From Ginglymostoma cirratum (lineage: Eukaryota), in contig JAHRHZ010000085.1 in the NCBI GenBank assembly GCA_024137785.1, positions 14,422,609-14,464,290 on the forward strand: a DNA stretch of 41,682 nt, written 5' to 3'. Within the stretch, counting starts at the first letter, position 1; every line of letters starts with the position of its first letter. Of the stretch, positions 34,067 through 41,682 are shown piece after piece. A model generated the notes under the pieces. It did not search any database, was not told the DNA's origin, and saw only the letters and a program-made list of their open reading frames with translations. A program made the position numbers and the translations under genes.

Positions 34067-34081
34067 GCTTTCAGTTTCATT
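34067..34081 (-). promoter_or_regulatory. Interferon-stimulated response element (ISRE/IRF site)
   Basis: Minus strand AATGAAACTGAAAGC matches GAAANNGAAA, 75 bp upstream of the RBR-like start codon. Confidence 0.6.
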
Positions 34082-35154
34082 CTGTTGCAATGCCCTTGAG
34101 ATCAGGACAGCTGGGAAATGGGATTTACCACGGACTTACAAACTGAAACTGTTGTCTGATTGTGCAAAATATTCCACTGAGGTCATTAACAAAATAAAAT
34201 CAACACTTTTCTTTTACCCTTGTCAGTACCTGGCTGTTAGTGAATACCATTCCAACGTATAAAAGACCAGGTTACTAATAACCTGAATTAGCTACAACTG
34301 AACGGATTGAATCAGTTTTGATTAGTTAAGCATTAAATTTTCAGTCATGTTGTGAAAGCAAACGGGAGCCATAGATGTATGAAGGCAGGCTAGCATGAAG
34401 GAACCACACTGTAAGCAGAATAGCAGCAGCCTTGAGTGGAATAAAGTCGATGCATGTGAAAGCAGGGAGAAAGCAGCAGATATTGTGATATGTATGGCGT
34501 AATATTTGAATAGAGCTGGAGCTCACCAGAGCTAGTTTACACTTTGTAGTGATAAGACTGGCTTTTCTCGCCTACACATGAAAATAAACGATCGCAGACT
34601 TCATTGCCAAGTCCTCTTATCAATTTGTCAGGTTGCCTGATCATATCTGAACTATTTAGCAGGATGGTCATGTCACATCCCCAATATTGCCAGTACATTT
34701 GAGTGAGTATGTTTCAATGTACCTCCTGTAGCTAGAGCAGACAGCTGTACTGGGCAGATGTGAATCAGATCCAAAGAATCTGAAGGTGGACTCAGGGTAG
34801 GAAGCCTTGGGTTTGAGAACTTGGAATGAATTATCAGTTTGTTACATGATTGAATATATCAATTTAGAATGTCTTTAGTTTAGAACCCACACTGGTAGAA
34901 GGGAGAGCAGGAGAGACAGAGACCACACAAAGAGATTAGAGCTGCTGGAAGAACAGGTAGGCCAAGATTGTTGGGAAGTGAAGGCCATGCAGGCAGGTGA
35001 GATAATGTCTATACCTGGAGTTGGGTGAGGAAATGGAAGGCAAGGTTTAAACTAGAAACAAACCAGCAGAAGCCACGCTAGCGCAGAACTAATTTTTAGG
35101 TGATAACTCCCATTGTTATCCATTCTTGAAGGGAGCCAAGGGGAGAAAAGAAAG

Positions 35155-35157
<3 letters not shown>

Positions 35158-35191
<34 letters not shown>
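35158..35191. repeat. (CA)n microsatellite
   Basis: About 17 CA units. Confidence 0.95.
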
Positions 35192-35194
<3 letters not shown>

Positions 35195-36569
35195 TTTCAT
35201 TTCTGGAATCAAATAGAGATGTATAATTTCAGTCTTAAGAGTATAGTAAGAATGTTTTATTGGACAGTAAAATTCATTCAGATTTATGAATGAGTTAGAA
35301 TGGTAATAATGAGGTGCCTTGATTAGAGGAGAAGATAGAAATATAAATGTGTTTTATTTCAGCACCTGGAATAATCTATCAGGTCATCAATCAATTGAAT
35401 ATATCAATTTAGAATTTCTTTTGGTTACAGTGAAGGCAAATTCTGATAAGATGATTATTTAAGTTTGGATTTGAACAATTAAATGTTGGGAACTATAGAA
35501 AGTAAAAAGGAATATCCACAAGCTAGATACAGTCTTAGATAAACTGTAGGCTTTGGTTGTTAAAGCCTTTAAGTCTAAATGCTAATGATTAGAGAATAAT
35601 AACAATTTCTGTCAAAGGAAGTAATTAAGCCAAGTAGTCTGGAGGTGACTAATACCATTCACAGGTAGACAGTAACATCCACATCATCAGGTGTGGTCGA
35701 GAGAAGAAGTAGGACATTGAAAACAAATTTAAAAGTTGGGTGCAGATCATCACATAATGAGATACTGTACTCAATGGGCTTGACATTTATGTATACAGTT
35801 AGTAAGTCTTTCGTACATGATTATATAGTGTTGAAGGTGGCCTGTCACCTCAGTGGGAGGGCATATACAGCATGAGACTGCAATTCAGAAATCAGTGGGC
35901 ATTATTAGACTACCACTAGAGGCAGTGGTTAAAGGACATCAGAAGGAAACATGGTTATCTTCTGATTAGTTAACCATTAGGGCAGATGAAGCAGCGAAGT
36001 ACACAATCACATCTAAACCTGAGCATTAGGTGGCAGCAATAGTAGCTAGTGGTTTGGAGAAAATAAACATAATACTTCCATGCGGGAATGTGGAGGAGGA
36101 AAATGATGGAAGAACAAGATGTGATAAAAGATGCTGATGGCATGTGATGAAGATGGCGCCACCATTCAGCACCGCCTCATGAAAACATACCATGGAAATG
36201 CACACCATGAAAGTGAGGCCAATTTTAGGAGGATGGCCAGATGCTGGTTGTGGCAAGGATTGGGAAGAGATAAAGCAAATGAATGTCAGTGATACCTGGT
36301 ATGTGCCTAGCATAACCCAGGATGATGAGTGGAAGTCTACATGTCACACCAACCCTGGCCAATGGGGCCATGGAAGGAACTACAAATAATTTCTCAGGAC
36401 CTTTCCCAATGAGTAGGGGAGCAACTTATTGTTTGGTCATTATTGGCCAATTTATGGGATGTGTGGAAACATATCCCACATGAGAGTGCTCAGCGCCAAT
36501 TATTTCTTGAATAATGTTAGAAGAAGTAATCTTTATATTGAGCTAGTCCATATCTGTACAAATGGATTC

Positions 36570-37010
36570 ACATCAGAGAACACATTGAGTCATGAAAGAA
36601 TACAAGGTGTTTACAGTGCAGCAAGTAATGAAAAATGTATGTAGAACTTTGACCTTTATTACAAGAGAGTTCAAAAAATAAGGAAGTCTTGTAACACAAA
36701 TGTAAGTTCTTGGTGAGGCCACACCTGGACTACCGAGTACAGTTTTAGTCCCCATATTTAAAGAAAAAGATTTATTGGCATCAGGGGCGGGTCAAAAGAG
36801 ATTCAATAGGTCAATTCCTAGGAGAAAGGGGTTAATTTATTAAGAATAGCTAAATAGCTCTTCCCAACAACTTAACTGTCAAGTCCCTTCGGAATCTTGC
36901 CTAATTCAATAAAACCTCTCCTTGCTCACTGTAGTGCCAGAATAAAGGATCACCAATTTAAGATTGAAATGAGGAGGAATTTCTTCTCTGAAGGTTAAGA
37001 ATCTTTTGAG
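36570..37010 (+). mobile_element. CR1 3' fragment
   Basis: LVRPHLDY.VQF.SPYLRK...gatgaaatgaggaggaatttcttctct-like segment. Confidence 0.75.
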
Positions 37011-37204
37011 CTTCTTGGCTCCCACCTCAGACATGCTCAGCAGCCTCTCTCCCCAGTTCCCTAGGTCTGCTGTCACATTCCATTCTTAGTCTTGGAATCT
37101 GAGCCCTCATAGAGTTTCAGGCTCTTGACCACACTTTAGGGAGACTGCTAACTACTCACCTCCCAACTTGGACTCCACACCTACCTTCAAGACTGCAACT
37201 ATGA

Positions 37205-37705
37205 TTCTATGATTCCAGATCTGTCCTTGGAGTTGGCCACACGCCATAAAGGGTGGGCTTCAGCACAAAACCTTGTACCAAGTTGGAGCCAAGCTGCTCC
37301 TTTCTTGTTGACAGTGAGCCCAGACTTTCTGGTTGGCCTGTTAATGTATTAAGCATTACTGTATATATATGGATAAGAGTTTTCCTGTACAAGCCAACTG
37401 AAGTCCCCACCTGAGGAACTTGCAGCAGGAGCCATCTGTAACCATACCCCGCTTGGAGCTGGGAATGTATAATCCTTTCCCCTCAGCACTGGCTGCACCC
37501 CCTTGTGCCTGGTAACTCTCTACGTACAGATCCTCCTTTTTGTCACCCTCTATAGAATGTGCAGTGCCAGTTTCTGAGCTGGTCGCTGACAGTGTCGGGT
37601 CCAGCGGCAGTATTTGTTCCTCATCAACATCTTCTTCCTTTTGTCTTCAGCCTCCCACATCACTGCCGGGCAAAGGGGTAGCTCTTGGGTATCTGAAAGG
37701 GGCAG
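37205..37705 (-). mobile_element. Possible decayed Harbinger accessory-protein C-terminal exon
   Basis: Acceptor ctgcccctttcAG, then acidic EEDVDEEQILPLDPTLSATSSETGTAHSIEG with stops. Resembles recalled shark Harbinger Myb/SANT-protein tails. Confidence 0.3.
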
Positions 37706-38576
37706 TGCTCAAGGATAACGTATGGGGAAGGTGAAGGAAAGAGGTGCAAACAGTTTGTGGGATGAGGGATATGTGGAATTTGAGAAGGTGGATTAGAATT
37801 ACTGCGAACTGGTAAGTCCTCCGACTGTGCCGCTATCACTGGGCCAGCAAGTGTGGGATATATATCATCATCACTGAAGCAGTGAGTAGAAAGCAGAACT
37901 GAAACAAATGGGGGAATGTTTTAAATTAAAACCAAAATAAAATCAATCACAACCAAAGTGAAATAAAATCTTCCTTCTCTGTTTGTGCAGCCTATTGGTG
38001 TCAGGTTGGATGGAGGGACCTTTGACAAAATTCCTGTTCTTGTGGCAGATCAGTTTTTTAAGCCAGTTGGGTAGGAATTTGCAACATTCTTGACATCAAT
38101 TCAACATTCAAACTCCCTTAGAGCATTCATTCCTGACAAAGATTCTGGATCGAAAGGCTTTTGTACGATTGGTCACTCGGTATTGGTCCCCAGTTCAATA
38201 TGATTCCAGATGGGATACCCTGATGTGGATCTGTCTCGCCAAACATACCTTTCACCCAGAACTACCATTCTTTCAACATATCGTGTCTGCATCTGCTTGG
38301 AGGTCACAGTTCAATTCTGTAAATAGCATCTTTCCCTTTGATGTGTTGCTGTCTGAAATTCACTTGATATCCTTCTGGTGTGACATTCCGTTGCTCCTGT
38401 CCGGATTCATTGTCATCAACAGAGGAATTTTCCCAGAAAATTGCTGACTGTTCTCATTTATCTTTTGCATTGATGCCCTTTTTATTAAACAAAAACACAA
38501 GCTGCTCTTAGAAGTTCAAATCGATAAGTGATTTGGCATTATGATCTATTGTTATGGCTACCTCTTACCTCACTGT

Positions 38577-38925
38577 GGAGGCGATGGCCTTGTGTTATTA
38601 TCAGTGGACTTCTGTTAATCCAGAAGCCCAGATAGTGTTCTGGGGACCCAGGTTCGAACCCAGCATGGCAGATGGTGGAATTTAAATTCAATAAAATATC
38701 TTGAAAGAAGAGTCTAATGATGACTGTGAGTTGATTGTTGGGGAAAAACCCATCCGGTTCACTAGTGTCTCTTAGGGAAGGAACTGCCATCCTTACCTGG
38801 TCTGGCCTATATGTGACTCCAGACTCACAGCAATGTGGTTGACTCATAACTGCCCTCTGGGCAATTGGGGATGGGCAATAAATGCTGCCTGGCCAGCGAC
38901 TCCCTCATCCTGTGAATGAATAAAG
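38577..38925 (+). mobile_element. Deu-type tRNA SINE (SacSINE1-like), near full length
   Basis: ggaggcgatggcct (A box), ggttcgaaccc (B box), Deu core, tail gaatgaataaa. Confidence 0.88.
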
Positions 38926-40049
38926 GAAAAATGAATGTTAAACTCTGGTTCTAGTTGAGATTACTGTTTGCTTTTCACAGCCACACTCATGTTTGTTTAA
39001 TACATCCAAATTAGAACTAGCTTGAAATAAACCAAATAACTGATTTTCAAAGAAACGTGATCTTGTTCAGTTTACTCAGGTTACATCACTGTTTTTGAAT
39101 TTTCATCTTATTCTATGGGTTTTTTTGCAATTTTTCCTGATTCTATAATTTGAAACAACCATTTGCATGCGGAGCAAATCAAATATCTGATGGTGGAAAC
39201 AAATTAGGAAAAGTTGTTTATGATGTTGCGTGCTAACAAAATAGTTGGAGGAAGTAAAACTAAATAAATGGAAATGTAGGCAAATACCTGGATTCCAGAC
39301 TGTAACAGAGTGTCATTGATGTTAACATTGGGAGTTGGGAGCAGGATCAGAATAGGGCTGAGAGAGTCAGTGGTGAGAATAAATACTTGGCGAAGGAAAT
39401 GTGGGACTATTATTTTAGAGCTTTTCTCTAAAGAGCTGCAGTTGCTAAAATATTAGTGTAAATACTGCAGCTACTCTGTAGATACTCTACATCGTAGAAT
39501 TCAGACGGTATGAAAGTTTCAAGTCAGGAGCTTGCAATTTGAATTGAATGCAGAATTTAAGAAAAGGGTGTGTACTTATGTCCTGCTGTTCATTTGATGA
39601 AATGTCCCAAAGAGCTTTGCAGCATCTATGAAGTCCAATCGCAGCTGCATAACAGGGAATGCAGCTGCCAATTTGTGCACAGCATGATCCCAAAGAGTAA
39701 TGACTAAACAGTCTGTTTGTCAAGATAATCAATATCACGTTGAAAGTTAAACATCAGCCAGGAAATTATTAACATGAGACAATCATTACAGTGCAGAAGG
39801 AGGCCATTCAACCCATCATGTCAGGGCCCGCTTTCTGCGAGTGCAAGTCACCATGCCTCAGTTCCTTGCCTTTTCCCTGGAGCTTTGCAAATATTTTCTG
39901 TTCAGGTAATTAACCAATTCTCTTTCAAATCTGAGAGTTCAAACTGCTCCCTGAACTCTTTCAAAAAGAAACAGGGATTGTGTTAAGCAAACAGGTTGTC
40001 AATTTAATGGCTATTCTGAAAGATACTGACCCAGGACAGTATCGGTACA

Positions 40050-40585
40050 ACGCAGTAACAGCCAGAATCAATTGAAAGAGATTCTACGAATACATTAAGA
40101 GAAAACGAATAACTAGGGAGAGCATAGGGCCCCTTAGAGACCATCTACAAGACCATCTATGCGTGGAACCACAGGAGATGGGTAGGATACCAACTGAGTC
40201 TTTCATGTTAGTATTTACTTTGGAGAAGGATATGAGAGCTACAGAACATGAGAAATAAACAGTGATATCTTGATAAATCCACCTTTAAACTTGATTCCTT
40301 TATTTTTCTAGTTTATATTAAAAAGGACTGATGTTAACTGTTATCTTGTTTCATTATTTTTCTACGTTTTGTATGAAAGTCTGTAAGGCTTAACTTTTTA
40401 ACTTTGTTCCTTTTATTACTTTGTACCTGAGTTTTTGTACTGAGATGCATTTGTATCTAAGATGGTGCCATTTGTGGTAACATTACACACTTTTCACTGT
40501 AGCCCTGTCCACCTGTACTTGAGAACATGTGATGATAAAATCTAAATCTAAATCGAAATACCTGGGACCTTATCAGGTGTATGCC
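40050..40585 (+). mobile_element. CR1 ORF2 fragment interrupted by another LINE 3' tail (about 40280-40555)
   Basis: KRFYEYIKRKRITRESIGPLRD...FTLEKD; the insert ends cttttcactgta...gtgatgataaaatctaaatctaaatc. Confidence 0.7.
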
Positions 40586-41636
40586 AGAACTTTGTGGAAA
40601 GCTCATTGGCCACTATTTACTTTGTACAGGTTATTCCTTCCATCCATTAGTTCAACACAAAACCAGGTTGTTATTTGAACCTCACACATTCGAGGCTAAG
40701 TCACTATCAAGGGAGGAGCAGCTGAGTCACTTTCCCATTGCCCAGCTCACAGTTTTTAATCTTGTCGCAGATGGACTGCAACCAAATCCAAAGAGTCAGC
40801 CGTTGTATCTGTCAGAGATGGAGGATGAGCACAGGTATCTGACCCCATACAATGTAAGTAATGGATGCTGGATATTACTTCATTTCCCTCGATCCTTGAG
40901 CTCCCCCTTTCTCACCTTCATTGTTACTTCCAGTCCATCCTTCATCCTGCTCAGTGAATTGGGGTAACTTTACACAGCTGTATTTTCTAATCTGTGTTCC
41001 CTTCTCCCCCAACAATCGATTTCTCCTCTCATTCCAAACTACTGCCTTCCCTCCTCCCTCCAACCATCTTGTGACGCACGTTGGGATGTTTCAATATGAA
41101 AGGTCCTTTATAAACATCAGTTGTTGTTGTGTTGTCACCTCACCAGGCTGTTGCTCGTTCACCGCACCAGGTCGTACATTCTCTTGTTGCTGTTTCTGTG
41201 GTCAACAGCAGCAAAGTGTCTGATATCTGACTGGGACAGTTCAAAATATGGAACAAACAGATGGAAAAAACATTGTCTCGCTGACTGTAGCACACGGGGA
41301 AGACTCTCTCTGTCAGAGTCCCACTTTCTGTCCTGGGAATCAACGATAACTACTAGCTGTAGAAACAGTCACAAGTCTGTCTTTTTATGTATTCTTTTAA
41401 TGAAGGTTTATATCCATATAGTTTTTGGGTTAACTGCTCATTATTTCCATATCCAATGCTCTCCTTCTCCAAACAGGACATTCACTGCCTGGAATGCTCC
41501 TCTGAAACTGCCACAACATTGAAGTTTGGCCCAAGTACGGCTCACTTCACCAGTTACCTCAGTGATCAATAACATCAGAAGATGGTACTGCCTTTGACAT
41601 ATTAGGATTCACCTCTTACTTGGCTCAACATTTTCT

Positions 41637-41682
41637 CAGAGATAAAAGGTACTGCAGATGCTGGAGAATCCGAGATAACAAG
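41637..41682. mobile_element. Start of another Penelope-derived short element (runs off the window)
   Basis: cagagataaaaggtactgcagatgctggagaatccgagataacaag. Confidence 0.75.

Noticed and set aside
38050-38470. Coding-looking stretch (92-aa + ORF and interrupted minus frames)
   Set aside because: No recognisable motif or splice structure on either strand.
38577-38665. tRNA-like A/B boxes (also at about 5085, 21620 and 30900)
   Set aside because: These are SINE heads continuous with SINE bodies, not tRNA genes.

Overview
Vertebrate genomic DNA, AT-rich and dense in repeats. The repeat set (CR1 LINEs, HE1/V-type and Deu/SacSINE1-type tRNA SINEs, Penelope-derived elements) points to a cartilaginous fish, probably a carpet shark; this is an inference. 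Two spliced genes converge. (1) On the + strand is the 3' part of a type I immunoglobulin-superfamily receptor: C1-set Ig exon 91-396, TM exon 1885-1998, cytoplasmic exons 4865-4899 and 5789-5998. It is SIRP-like, and its ITIM-type tyrosine motifs appear to have eroded into YxxM, CxxI and YxxP. (2) On the - strand is a four-coding-exon small RBR (RING-IBR-Rcat)-like E3 ligase gene (33992 to 17352). It carries two frameshifts and an ISRE just upstream of its first coding exon, so it looks like an interferon-responsive gene that has become a pseudogene. The rest is mostly mobile DNA: many CR1 fragments, a Gmr1-type Gypsy remnant with its LTR, a solo LTR, and a Penelope GIY-YIG fragment with inverted arms. 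There are also about 15 short Penelope-derived elements, often fold-back, that carry minimal hammerhead-ribozyme cores and 11-17 bp target-site duplications. A 400-N gap lies at 12488-12887. Most ORFs in the supplied track are repeat-derived or spurious. Repeat boundaries are approximate, and family assignments come from recalled motifs, not database searches.
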